Assembly: GCF_036321535.1 (NCBI RefSeq)
Contig: NC_087436.1
Span: 96,908,001-96,972,000, forward strand
Source of the DNA: Camelus dromedarius
Lineage: Eukaryota
DNA length: 64,000 nt
Direction of reading: 5' to 3'
The notes under the pieces were generated by a model. That model searched no databases. It saw only the letters and a list, made by a program, of their open reading frames with translations, and was not told the origin of the DNA. Positions 24,501 through 37,709 of the stretch are shown piece by piece; position 1 is the first letter of the stretch, and every line of letters begins with the position of its first letter. The position numbers and the translations under genes were made by a program.

Positions 24501-26539
24501 GCTATTTCCCCTTCTCTACTAAAAAAAAAAGTTGAAAAACTTTTGTTTCTCAGGGAACATATGGAAAGGATCTTGAATTCTCATTTTAATATTTTGAAAT
24601 ATAAGTAAATTTCTGAAAAGGCCAGATAATCCCAATATTTTAGCTTTGCAACTCAGAGATGTCTCCAAGCTCCTAGACATCATCCCTTGAAATGTAAATA
24701 TATAGCTCCAAGAATTAGTAATTCTCTTATGAGTTTGCACTGTCTATATTGTTGTAAAGTACTTTCTAGGGCTTGCTTTTAATACAGAACCCAAATTTTA
24801 AGAAAAAATTTTAATAAAAATGAATTCTATAACAATACAGGAACACAAAGATTTTTTTCTACACCATGTATCTCATATTCAAATGCATAGAGGATACATG
24901 AATGCTATTTGGTATTCAGAGCTCATTCCATTCAGACTTAAAAACCATCCTCAATTTCCAGAAATCTTGATTACAGTTAACTAATATTTATTTTTAAGAA
25001 TCCATGAACAAAATCCCATAAATTTGTCTACCCAAAGACTGTGTATGGTCTTAATGACAGTTTTAACTAGTATCAATATCAATGAATTTTGGTTTTAAGA
25101 GGGTTCTAGAAAACCAGAGAAAATTTCCTTTTGGAAAATTGAGTATGGACTAAGGCAAAACTAATTTTATTTTATTTTATTTCTTACTATACCTAACAAA
25201 CTCTCATATAACCTTTATAAATGAAATATAAAATATTTGCTTAAAAAATTAAGTCAAAACATTTACACTGGGAATAAAGCTAGAATTCTAATTCTTACGT
25301 CAATGATACTAGAAATGGTTTGAGGATAGACACAAATGGTCACTGTTAAGGCAAGTTAATCTGACATTTCGTAATAGAATCCCCTTTCTGATACAACAAA
25401 AGGAGAACCTCATTTTTTAACCCTTCTCCTCGTCTACTGTTTCAGAACAACTCAAAGACAAAATCATTAAAATAAAGCAAAAATTATCTTTCAAAAGTTT
25501 AAAAAATATTGTTAAAATCCTTTAAATTAATACGATATATTTGCTAATGTAAAACTGATTTGAAGATTGGAAGTTGAATTAAAAGTTAAAAATTGAGATA
25601 TTTACTGCTTGTTAAATTCACTTTTTAACTCAAAGAACTTTTCAGTTTTCAAACCTCTGAAACTTTGAAATCAATATTCTTTTTGGTCTTTGAACAGATC
25701 CTATCACCGAAGAAACACAGTGACATAAAAATGACCACACTATGGCTACCATTTATGAGAATATATGCTAATTGAGACTGTTAGTCAAGTGGTTTGAATA
25801 AGACACTTAACAGCAGGGACATTGTGTTCATTTTAATGCTGACATAAGAGAATTTTGATAAGTTTAGACTTGCATTTTCTCATTTTTAATAGGTATTTAA
25901 TAATACCTCACCTACCTCACCAGACTATTGTATAAAAGGGTAAAAGCAGAGGCATTCAAAAACTAAGGAATCCAATTAATACAAAATGAAGAAAATCCAT
26001 TATGTTAATAAACTCTGCTTCTAAATTGCCTCAAGACATTTTCAGCATAACAATATGTGATTATCCTTTGTGTTACTAAATGTGAAGGTGTGATTTGTAG
26101 TCTGTATGACTACTTTATATTTATTTACAAGGTGCTTATAAAATATAATAGAATATACTCCAATTATCTGTATTTTTCTGAGGTGAATCCTGTTGAATGT
26201 TTGACCACAGGTGCATCACATAGTTTTGAGTAAAGATACGTACTTATTTGCTCAATCAAAAATATATAAAGACAGTCTAATGTAGCAAATGCACAAAGAG
26301 AAAAAATTAATTCCATTTTCCTAGGTTTTGTTTATTTGAATGAGCTATTTTTAATCTGTATAATTTTTGTTATCTAGGAAATCCAAATTTCCTTGAGCAG
26401 AACTGACATAGAAAAGGCAGAAATTTACAGTTGGGTCTTAGACTGTAATTTTGATTTTCTTGTTATATATGATTTTCATGCATATACACTATTTTTTATG
26501 AAGGAAAGTAATGAATCAGTTTTCCACCAACACTAAGAC

Positions 26540-27720
26540 AAAAGTGATTTTGCTGGTAGTAGGCAGTAACTAGATAAGGATAAATTGACAGGTGTGGTCA
26601 TAGCTGGCTAAAGTGAGGGGTAGAAAGACAGACCCTCCTTCCTGGATAATGTGACATTTGAGAACCGGGCCTTGAAGGAAACGTATGGGTGACATCAAAA
26701 GGAACAGAACAAAAAACAGCAAAGTAGAGGAAACTGCAGTATCTACTTGTTGAATAGTAAGTACTTGTGTTTGCTGTGAAGGCTGGCAGAATCTACCACC
26801 CCCAAATATGCCACTTCAACGTGTTTGATTATTTTGAGCTGTAGGCATTTGGAATACATCAAAGGCAAGGAGAAGTTTTCTCTTAACTCTCCTTATCTGC
26901 CTAAAGACAGATCCTCCAAAAGGATCTCAATTGTCATAGATTCCTTCCCTGGGAGTATCATCAGCCAGGGGAGATGAACTCTTACCCCAGGTGAAGACGC
27001 TAGAATTTGACACCACACCCAGACAACCTTTGTCATAAACTATCGTATCTCTCATCTGTTCTTCTAAGGGCTCATTCATCTTTCCTAAAAGTTACTTACT
27101 CTCCTCTATGAGGCTTACGTCCCCCTCCCCCTTCCCCATTAAGATGGTATTTAAGCCTAAATTCTAAGCCTCCTCTTTGAGTTACTCATTTTCCCCTGGT
27201 ATCTCATGTAAGTGAGGTGTGCATGTAATAAACTGCTGTTTGTTTTCATCATGTTAATTTGCCTTTTATTGTGGAGGTCTGTACCAGGAACTCAAAAGGG
27301 TAGAGGGAAAATTATATTTCCTCCCTTACCGGTGTAAAACAGGACAGGTGCAAGGGAAGCCAGACTGTGGAGAGTGGTCAGGTCATGAAGAAACTTACCA
27401 ACCAGGGAGAAATTTTGGACTCTACCCCACAGATAATGGAGAGTCAATGACAACTTTTAATAATAGAAATGGCATAAGTAAGGCTATCAGGAATCAGGAA
27501 AACTAACCTGTCAACATAGTATAAGAATTTGGCTGAAGCATAGATTAGAAATAATTGAGAAAGTATTGTGATCCTACAAGTAGATATAGCCAAAGGTATA
27601 ATCCATTGGATGATGTTCGGCAGATGAATATTGGGGGTTTAGGTCATTAAATCTAAAGGACTTGGTGACTATACAAGGGAAATGAGGGAGGAGCCAAAGG
27701 CACCTGTAGGTGGTAAATAA
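26540..27720 (-). mobile_element. L2 relic, interrupted by an LTR
   Basis: Antisense L2 motifs (GTGACATTTGAG, TTTTGGACTCTACCC...GATAATGGAGAGTCAATG, GGACTTGGTGACT). Confidence 0.55.
26777..27330 (+). mobile_element. ERV1 solo LTR, MER34/MER39-like
   Basis: Starts TGAAGG...CCACCCCAAATATGCCACTT, has a TATA-like TATTTAAG and AATAAA at about 27227, and ends TTTCCTCCCTTAC. Near-TSD GCTG/GGTG. Confidence 0.8.
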
Positions 27721-29074
27721 TGTCAACAACTGTAGCTCTAGGACATATAGTTAGCACCAAATAAATACTAGTTTAAGTCTATATGTAACGTGGTGAGAAC
27801 AATAGAGACTATAACTTTCTTGAAGCAGGGGACTCAGGATACATGATAAACTGATTGGTATGGTTCAGTTCCTTTCCATCTATGCCCAGCACTAAGCTGC
27901 TTGTCCTGCCTGAATCCAGCAGCTGCTGGGATGGAGTCAGGATGTAACTAAGACCTGGGACTACATTGGAGGGTGAGAGAAGGTCAGGTAGAGGGAGTTT
28001 CCAGCACTTCTTCTCTTGGGAACTGACTATGTGACTGAAAAGCACACAATACATGTAAATACACACAGAGAATAAAAATTGAAGATCTAAAAACATTGAA
28101 AAGAAGCTAAAAAAGGTAATAATGTATAGTAGAGTGGAGTTGAAAATTGTACCTGATGTGCTAGTTATTTTAATGAACTCTAGAGTTTTAATAGAAAAAG
28201 ATACAAATGAATGAGCAGTGATGGGCTTCTCATGACCTGATAGTTGATTCTTGGGAGACATAAGCTTTTTTCTGCAGTTTGTATACAATGGAAACACGTA
28301 TTACATATATGCACATAAAAAGGAAACTGTTACCAAGAGCTGTCCAGAAATGCAGAATCAGCCTGAAACATCAATATAGTAGTTGTGATAGAAGCTAAAT
28401 CTTCAGAGGATTCAAGAGTGAATGGATGATTTAAAAAAGTTGATTTAAGGTCATTTGTTTATTTGTGAGACTATCTGGTGATGAAAAGAGAAAGAGAGGA
28501 TGAGAGCTCAGCACTGTAGCAGAATTGAAGAGGAATTTTGTGGATGTTTGTTTGTTGTTATAGGAGAGGGAGACCTGGACATATTTGTGAGCTACAGTAA
28601 AGAGTTCACAGAAAATAGAGGCAATGAAAATATACATTGAAGACGCAAGAAATAAAGGAAGGGAAAATTGATGGCACTGTTGTTACAGGAATTATTTGGA
28701 ACTGGAGCTGAATCTGCCTATTGGCTTATATTCCCACTGTGAGCTCTGTGAGGGCAGGGGCCACATCTCTCTTGGTCACGTGCATCATCAGTGCTCAGTC
28801 CAGACTATCATATTCTCAAGCAACTACTTGATGACTTAATAACTGTATGCAAAACACAGAAAACATAGTCAGAAGTGTTAGCCTTATAAGGAGGGAAAAG
28901 TACACTAAGCATAAAGTTAGAATGAATGACTAAAGTCTTTGCAGTGAATCAGTCAAGAAAGAAAACTTGCAAGCAGAAAGACAGGAAATTGTCTTTCATG
29001 CTAATGAGATGGGAGAAGAAATTGGTATATGTGGATGGTTTTTGACTTCAAAAGAAAACATGTTTATGTAGAGT

Positions 29075-29255
29075 AGAAGTATAAAGCAAACACTTTGGGG
29101 TCAGCCGTAGATATATGTGAATCCAAGATCCAACAGTTATAAATTATATGATGCTAATAAGCAAATTAATTATGTGCCCTTTCATTTCCTCGTTTGTTAA
29201 TGAGAAAATAATACTGAATTCACAGAGTAGATTTAAGGGCTAAATGTGATCCTAG
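29075..29255 (+). mobile_element. MIR SINE relic
   Basis: Degenerate MIR head and core (TTTCCTCGTTTGTTAATGAGAAAATAATAC). Confidence 0.55.
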
Positions 29256-29464
29256 TGGCAGATCACCAGCCTAAGCCTGTCACTGAGCAATCACATGCCC
29301 CTTACAAAGTTTAGGTTTCATTGAGCGATTATGCAGGATGATGACCTTTAATGTGGAGCCAAAAAGAAGTTGAAGACTGAGACACTCTGTTCCCTGACTC
29401 TCAGGCAGGGTGTTGAGGGAAGTCTTGTCATCAGGATCAAGGTCAGTCTGAACTTGACAGCCTG

Positions 29465-29562
29465 ACTTCTGAACCTGGCTCTGCCACTTATCAGTTGTGT
29501 GGCCTTTGGAAATGTACTTACCTGTGCCTCAGTTTAGTCATCTTTAAAATAGGTATAACACG
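29465..29562 (+). mobile_element. MIR SINE core
   Basis: CCTGGCTCTGCCACTTATCAGTTGTGTGGCCTTTGG...CTGTGCCTCAGTTT matches the MIR core. Confidence 0.8.
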
Positions 29563-32500
29563 GGTATGAAACTTATTCTCAGGGAAATAGGGATAGGATC
29601 CAGACATTTGCTTATGAGAGAATGCAGGTAGAGTGGGAAAGAGAAATGGAATGGGTAGGGAATTAGTACAAGACAAGGCAGGGCAAAAGGAAGTGTGACG
29701 AACATAAAAATAAAGAGAAATGTGAAGGCTCATTCTGAGACTGGCTCAAACAAATATTTCTATTATATACTCTGAGGCCAGATTAGGTACACATCACAGA
29801 AACCCAGTAATAAAATACAATTCTATCATCCTGAAAATTCTATTAAAAAGTAAACAAAACATTTTTGCCTTTTTCTTAATTGTCCTCCCATTTCTCTTGT
29901 TCTAATTCACTCTCGTTAACAGATTTGGAAGGAGGGGGAAATGGTTTTATATTTTTATTGGCACTTGTGACCAAAATATTTACTGCTAATTTAAAATTTG
30001 AAGAATTGACAATACATTTTTTCTTTCATCATGTCTCAATTGGAGCTTTTCAATGCTTTTATGATAAGCTGGAAATGACAGAAACCTTGTACTGTGGTGG
30101 ATTCCAGTCAAATTCTAAAACAGGCATACTTAACCCAAAACATTGAAAAGTTGAAATACTAGTATAAATATGATTGGAAGCATTCTATTCTCTGTAAAAA
30201 TGCAGAGTTCAAGAAAGTGAGATTGTCCACTTTTATATTCAATTCTTGTTCATATGGAAATTATAGTCTAGAAATATGAGGATAAAGTGAAGATCTGTAT
30301 AGTAGCCCAAGATCTTGAAAGTTAACTTCTTGACCCTTACAGATCTGGGATGGCTCCCCACTGCAGGCCTAACTATGTAAGATAAAGGATACTGAAGAAT
30401 AATAATAGCTAGTTTATTAATAAATTTTAGTATTATACATGATATTTGAGGTGATTATACACTTCTACTGCTCATAAAACATGTCTTAAAAATCCTTCAA
30501 TTAGAAAAGCATTGATGACATTTTTAGATCCTACTATGATGAAACTTAATATTACTGACAAAAATGCAGAATAGTAAACCCAACCACTAAGTATTTAAAC
30601 ACTTTCCTAAATAATTCCTGCAAATTTCAAAGAAATTACAATAAAATGTCAAAGTTATGGTAATTAAAACACCACATATCAGAACCTATAGGAGTAAACC
30701 AAAATTATACCTGGCAGTAAAATAAAGTGCAACTGTAAACATTTTTATCACCAAATAAGGAAATAAGGGGATTGAAGATCTTCTCTTGTAGCATTGAAGA
30801 AATACCAACAAATCTGTAGAATGTAAGAGAGATTGATTAATGCCCCAAACCCCAGATTTTATGAGTTCAAAAAAAAAATACAATAGTGATTTATTTAAAA
30901 CAAAATGTGCATTGATAAATTGAAAAGACATCTTCTGATGTGAAGCCAGTAGGCTGCACAACCTCATAATTACAAGTCTGCAAATGTAGAGGGACGTCAC
31001 TGACCATTAGTAGTGGTTTGCTTGTGGTGGAACCTGGGAGTCAGTGTGCACCAGAAGTAACCAACAGGGCTATTGGTCAGACTGCTAAGAAGGGAAAACA
31101 AAGGCAGTGCAGCCCTGTGCTTTCCCCTCTCCATAGCACACAAGCAGCAGAATCAGTATTCGCTGCCTTCACGCAGTACAGGTGGTATAAGAACTTAGAC
31201 TGGGAGAAAAAGACATTCTCGATCAACAGGAAGCACAAAATTGGAATATCCTAATTAGAGCACATTCCAGTCATCTCCCAAGCTTGCTCTAAGGATGGAA
31301 ACCTTGTCTAAAATGCCTGCTTATCAACCAAAGCACAAACAAAGAAGCAGTCTAAAAGAAGATTATGACCACTGTGTAAATCAGGGTCACCAGAAATTAA
31401 GGAAAGCCAACATTACAAAAGGGAGACAACAGTTTCAACAAACAGAAGCAGTTTCTAGGTAAAGAGAATTGATGGAATAATCAGAACAGGTTTTTTAAAC
31501 ACATGTATTTACTTTCCTGGGAGAGATAAAGGAGAATACTGTATACAGGAAACAAACAAAAGGGTCATATAGGAAAAGAAATTTTATTACAAGTAAAATC
31601 CCAGAAGACATTACTGCTATGAACTTTGTATGTGTTTTGAACTGTGGCTAATATGTTCATTAACTCATGAAAATATCTAAAATAAAACTTATAGAAACTT
31701 AAGTAGTTTATAAAAGTACAATTACTTTAGCAATATCCATCACATCTTTCTCAGGTTTTACTTGTTCAAACACAGATGAATGATGTCTTAGAAAATTGAA
31801 AGAAACAACCATGTTTCCATGGTTTTTCCATGGTTTCCATGGTTCCAGAATTTTTATAGGAAAAATCCAGACAATTCAAAAATTTTCTAAGTATTCATTC
31901 ACTATGTACAAAGTTTAAATATATACAAGTCTTTTTAATAAATAAACTTGGTAACCCAGATCCCAGGAGAAATGAATGGTTTAAGAAGAAAAAATCTGAT
32001 TTTCTAAATTGATTCTACAAGTTCATTCCTGAAGAGCTGAACAATGTAGAAAAATGTTTAAGTTGAAATTTAAAGTGATTTTTGTTAAGAATATTTTAGT
32101 GATTGGAAAAAAAACGTTTATAATATAATCTTTAAAAAATGCTCTCACTCATGTTTCAAAACTGGAAATAAAAATCACTCCAGGTACATTGTGTGGAAAG
32201 GAGTCAGTACCAGGAATTAGGCACTTACACAATTATTTTTGAACAATAACTGGTTCAGTATCCATGAACTCCCATCATTCTTTTGGTTTTAAGGTCACAG
32301 CACATCTGCTGCAGAGAGTAGAAAGCCACTGCTCCTAAGTGCAGCTATCACTGCTGCCATCTCAACAGCTTCCCATCTGTGCAGCTGGTGCCCAGGCCCC
32401 GGAGCACAGAGTCCGTGCTCCAAATATTCATGATTTCCAGAATCACATCTCCACTAATGTAGCTTCAGAAAATGGCCTCCATCTCATCTCTGAATCCTAA

Positions 32501-32852
32501 ATTTCACATGACTATATCTTGATTCTAACCCTTTACTGCAAAGGCATTTCAGAAATGTAGTTTTAGCTTTCCAACGACTGCTAATGAAAACAGGTTGAAA
32601 TGGAGTCTGAGCAAGTCTGTTCAAGTAGCTGCCACATCAGAATACAAAACTGCATACACAATCTGATTTCAAAGTCCTAGGAAAAAAGGGAGAAAGAAAA
32701 TATATCAAAGTTTAACTAGTGGTTAATATCTGTATATTGAAATAAATGATGATTTTCATTTCTTCCTTTGAATATTTATCTGTTATTAAATTTACCAAAA
32801 TGAGAATATGATACTTGTTTTCATTTTTAAAATACATATACATTTGTACCTG

Positions 32853-33505
32853 TGTAGTAAAGAATTTGGTCTTGTCCAAAGAAAAGACTGGCTTGTGTCC
32901 CTGGTTCCTGGAATTAACCTCTACACCCTTGGAATTTCCAGAGTGATAGAATTATCTTTATTTTTCATATTAAACCCCTGGTACCACATCTGATAGTCTA
33001 ATACTTTTTGCTAACAAAGTAATGCATGATGGGCCTCTCTGGCCACATGATACTATGCTAATCTAATCTCCAGGCAAGGGGAGACTGGAGTTTGAGTTCA
33101 GCCACATGGGAAATCATCCAATCAGTCATGACTGCTTAATGAAACCCCAATAAAAACTCTGGACTCCAAGACTCTAGTGAACCTCCAGGGTTGGCAATAT
33201 TCCATCATGTCATCACACATCAAAACTAGTAGGGTAACGTGTCCTGAGGTGAACAGATGCTTTGCGTCTGTAACTCTCCTAGACTCTGACCTATGTGTCT
33301 CTTTGGCTGATTTGAACATATCCCTTCCCTGTAACAAACTATAACCATGAGTGTAATAGCTTTGGATGCATTCTATGAGTCCTGTGAATTATCAAACCTG
33401 AAGGCAGTTTGGGAAACTTGAACTTGTAGTTAATGCTAAAAAGTGAAGATACTTTTGTGGGAGAGTGTGCCCTCAGTCCTTGCAATTTGGCTCACTCCAG
33501 ATAGT
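32853..33505 (+). mobile_element. Solo LTR, MER21/MER68-type
   Basis: Starts TGTAGTAAAGAATTTGGTCTTGTCCAAAG. Contains CCCCAATAAAAACTCTGGAC and TTTGGCTGATTT...ATAACCATGAGTGTAATAGC motifs shared with the LTR at 39555. Confidence 0.8.
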
Positions 33506-33649
33506 ACCAGTCAGGACTCTTTATGGAAACCATAGACATTGAGTCTGGCTAACATAAGCAGAAAAGTCTTAGTGGAATGGTATCTGGTAGCTCAAAGAAT
33601 CTATAGGAAAGCTGAGAAAAAACTAAAAATGGAACAAGGAAATTTAGGT

Positions 33650-33932
33650 CTGAAAGAAGCCTTTCTTGGTCACTCCGTGTAAAAAAGTCCCCTATCACTC
33701 TCTCTCACCTTCCATGGCTCCACTTTCTACCATTTTTTATGACTATTTCATTTTCTTTCTCTGTCTCTCTCTATCTCTGTCTCAGTCTCTCTCTCTCCAT
33801 ACTCATTATATCTTAGGCTTAATGAAAATCTGATCTTTCTTTTTTTTGTTCATTGCTGTTTCCCTCCCACCTAGAAAAGTGCTCAACCCAAAGTAGATAC
33901 TCAAACAATTTATTGAATGAATGAATGAATGC
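33650..33932 (+). mobile_element. L2 3' end
   Basis: Ends with GTAGATACTCAAACAATTTATTGAATGAATGAATGAAT, the typical L2 terminus. Confidence 0.75.
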
Positions 33933-35230
33933 ATAAATGGCTGGAAAATGAGTACATGAAAGGAATTGTGGCCAAAATTATGTTCTAGTAATAGTTTGGT
34001 TGTAATACTGTTGCTACACTTGCTGGACACTGATATGACCACAGTGGACATTTGATTCCAACATTGATGACACATAAATTCTAGACTTTTCCTGATATAC
34101 TGCATTACTTTCTTCCTTTCAGTATTTGAATGAAGCAGCATGCACTTGGCCTTGCTTTGAACATATGCTTGTGTTCTATTTTCAGAGACTGAAGAGAACA
34201 AATACCTGGTCTTTGTGACTCACAAATTAACATAGATAGAAAGACAAAGGAAGTCAAGTGATTGGCAAAGAAATCCAACAAATGTCTAACACAATGTTAT
34301 TTAAAGTAAAGAAAGTAACCTTCTCTAGTGATTACCTATATTTGTCCCCATCCAAAATAAAATATCAACACATTTTACTTCCCTCTTTTCTTCTCTGCTT
34401 ACTGTTACACCCAAATTACACATTAATATAAACTAGAATTTCAGTTCCAGGTTGCTGTTTTAAAGAAATAATTTTACTACACAATATTTTTAGATTTAAA
34501 ATAAATTTTATAAATTTGTGTGCTAATCATTATTTCATTTTTTTCTGGACTTTTAAAATTCTTCCTGGCCTGTAGGCTCTGGCTGTGCTTTCAGAGATGG
34601 TCTATGAGTAGATACTATTTGAGTCTGTTCATGTCCATAAACATCTGTATTTAATCCTTACTCTGCATGATAGTTCGACTAAGTATGCTATTCTATGCCT
34701 AACATTGTTTTCATCTTAATATTTGTATTGTATTCCTCTATTGTCTTTGTTGCATTCATTGTTTCTGATGAGAAGTTTGATGTTCAGTTGATTCTTGATT
34801 CTTTTGTAGGTGTAATATTTTGTTGCTTCCTGTTTTTAGGATTTTTAAAAAATTCTAAACTTTAACTACAGTGTGCCCAGTGTGTTATAGTTTGCTTGTT
34901 TTGTTTTTATATATAGTACAATGTGAGGACTTAATATATAGGCCTGGAAGACTGTAAGCTATATCTTTTTTGTTCAAATATTGCCACTCCTCCAAAATTT
35001 CTATTTCTTTCTCTCTTTTTCCTGCCTCTCTGTAATTTTTATTACTCAGTTATTGGATCGTCCATTTCCTGAAACTTCTATCTTTATATATTTTTCCTTC
35101 TATAGTATTTTCCAGTGCAATCCATCAATTACAACTGTGTCTATTCTACTATTTAGTTCATTTTTCTTTTCTTTCAAAGCATAGATTGAAAAGAAGTGAT
35201 CACAGAATTTTCTTCTCCTTGTTTCTGTTA

Positions 35231-35578
35231 CAGCAGTCCCCCTGCTTATCTGTGGTTTCACTATCCATAGTTTCAGTTACCTGCTGTCAACCACAGTCCA
35301 AAAATATTAAATGGAAAACTCCAGAAATAAATAATTCATAAATTTTATGTTGCATCCTATTCTAAGTAGTGTGATGAAATTTTGCAGCATCCAGCTCAGT
35401 CTCACCCAGGGCACAAATCATCCCTTTCCCCAGAAATTCCACACTGAATACACTACTTGCCCAATAGTATTGAAAAAAAAAAAAAAGATAGTATATATAG
35501 AGTTCAGTACTATCCACAGTTTCAGGCATCCACTAGGGGTCTTGGAATGTATTGCCCACAGATAAGGAGGGACTATTT
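35231..35578. mobile_element. MER44A-like non-autonomous Tigger DNA transposon
   Basis: TIRs CAGCAGTCCCCTGCTTATCTGTGG and CCACAGATAAGGAGGGACTAT, with TA on both sides (35229-35230 and 35579-35580). Confidence 0.85.
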
Positions 35579-35589
35579 TATTGTAGATA

Positions 35590-36527
35590 TACCCACTCCC
35601 TTGCTAACACAAATCTTGGCTATATGACTTTCTTTGGAGAATTTTTTACTGAGTCTAAAGTCATTCTGCTTGCCTCACGTCAGGTCAATAAATCGGGAGA
35701 TGGTGTTGGGGCAAGAAATGATGACTTTATATGGAAAGCTGGCAGACTGAAAGAAGGCAGACTAATGTCCAGGAGAACTATCTTCTCCAAGTCAGAATAC
35801 AGGCTCCTTTTATACTAAAAACGGGAGGGAGTATATATAGTTGGTTGTTGCAAACTTCTTGGTGTTGGAATCCTTTGTTCTTGCAGCTGTCCACGTGGGT
35901 CAGGTCATGGTGTCCCTGTAAACCTCCAACAAAACAAATGTTATTTTCTATTCTGCAACTTTTTATCCCTATGTGAATGGAAAAGTGTTAATACCCTTAA
36001 AGATCAGAGCCTTGAGAATAGGCTATCCTGTATATTTCAGGCTGTAGGCAACACTCTTTTACAAAAGGTGCAGAACCAGCATGACTAAGCACAGGAAACA
36101 GAGCACAGGGTTAGAGCCAAAGGAACTGATCTAATATGGAGTCAGATTTGTTCTTCCCTATTACCAACTGAACAATAGAAAAGGCAACATAAACAGAGAT
36201 TTGGAAAGTGTTCACTTCGGAACCTTGAGACTAATGTAATAGAGCCTACGCTAGCCTGCTAGAGGATAGCAGACCGTGCAGAGAATTCAAGTGCCCTAGT
36301 TAACTGCACGCTAATCCCCAGAAACATGAGTGAGTTCATCCAGAATCATTTGACCATCACAAACTTACCAGCTGCCCCCAGACACATGAGAAAGCCCAGC
36401 AAAAATCCATCTAGATACAGAAAACCATCTAGCTTATCCAGAAAATTCTGAGATAAGAAAAATGATCATGGCTGTAAGCTATGAAGTTTTGCAGTAGATT
36501 GTCTTGTAGGACTAGATAACTGGTACA
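35590..36527 (+). mobile_element. Old MLT1-type MaLR LTR, split by a younger LTR
   Basis: MLT1 motifs (TTGGCTATATGACTTTCTTTGG; GCTAGCCTGCTAGAGG; end TAAGCTATGAAGTTTTG...GATAACTGGTACA followed by AAAATTGGTGCC). Confidence 0.65.
35644..36165 (-). mobile_element. ERV solo LTR nested in the MLT1 LTR
   Basis: Antisense LTR organisation with a reverse TATA (CTTTTATAC, about 35807). Less degraded than its flanks, and the host LTR resumes at about 36166. Confidence 0.7.
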
Positions 36528-37109
36528 AAAATTGGTGCCAATCAAAGGTCAGACTGTTTTTTATTCTTTGCCTGTGGTATGAATGTTCCAAGGTAGGAAA
36601 AAAAAAATCATCATGGCAGAGAGGCATGTTCCAATGTTTATTCTAACTAGGGGAAATCAGAAATTCAAAATTACTATTGACAGATACTCATTTTGAAGTT
36701 CTGGTACCTTTTGCTCTATTTTCTTTGTCTTTCTCTCTTTCTTTTCAAACCATATCCAGTTACCTAAGCCTAATTATGGAATATTGCATTAAATTTTCAA
36801 CCACTTGACAAAAATTAATTTTTCTTTTTTATTTGCAAAATTATTTCTGTTTTTCCTTTCTCCACTCATTTAAAATAAATCTACAAACATAATATTTAAA
36901 AGCACAATTTTTATAAAACTTTAATGCTAAACAAAATATGAAGTTTTTTTTTTTTTAATTTCCCAATTGATTGTGGTTTTAGTTTATTATGTATTGATTG
37001 AGGCAACATGATTTAATAAGAAAAATGAATTGGTCCTTTCACTGTTTTACCCATAGCTCTGAATCATTTGTCAATACCACTGCCTAGAATAAAACTTACT
37101 AATCCATAT

Positions 37110-37148
37110 TGTATTGGCAGGGTTCTCTAGAGAAACAGAGGCAATAGG

Positions 37149-37204
<56 letters not shown>

Positions 37205-37709
37205 TATATAATAAATTAATTAATTATGAGAAATTGGCTCATTTGATGACTATGGAAGCTTCTAAGTCCCAAGATCTGCAGGTGAGTTTCAAGCTGAAGA
37301 CCTAGGAGAACCTAGGTAGTATAGTTGTAGTTCAAGTCCAAAGGCCTAAGAACCAGGAGAACTGAGGGTGTAGGTCCAGGAAGAAGGAAGATCCCACAGT
37401 GTTGAGACCCAAGGAAAAGCCAATGTTTCTGTTTGAGTGAAAATGTAGGAAAAAGCCGATGTCCAATTCGAAGACAATCAGACAGAGATTCTCTCTTACT
37501 CAAAGAAGGATCAGCTTTTTGTTCTGTTCAGGCCTTCAGTTGACTGCTTGAGGCCCACTCACATTAGGAAAGGCAGTCTGCTTTACTTCATCTACAGATT
37601 TTAATGTTAATCGCATTCCAAAACAACCTCCAGGAACACCCAGAATAATGTTTGAATATTTGACCACCTCTCAGCCCAGTGAAAATGGCACATAAAGTTA
37701 ACCATCATA
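37110..37709 (-). mobile_element. MLT2 (ERVL) solo LTR
   Basis: Diagnostic ends TGTATTGGCAGGGTTCTCTAGAGAAACAG and CACATAAAGTTAACCATCATA. Partial TSD CATAT/CATGA. Confidence 0.9.
37149..37200. repeat. (AGAT)13 perfect tetranucleotide microsatellite
   Basis: Direct count, inside the MLT2 LTR. Confidence 0.97.

Noticed and set aside
27809..28297. Longest ORF in the track (162 aa, minus strand)
   Set aside because: F/S/I/L-biased composition expected from the antisense of purine-rich DNA, a non-ATG start, no recognisable domain and no convincing splice boundaries.
31809..31846. Short CCATGGTTT repeat cluster
   Set aside because: Four degenerate 9-11 bp units without spacers. This is a slippage repeat, not a CRISPR-like array.
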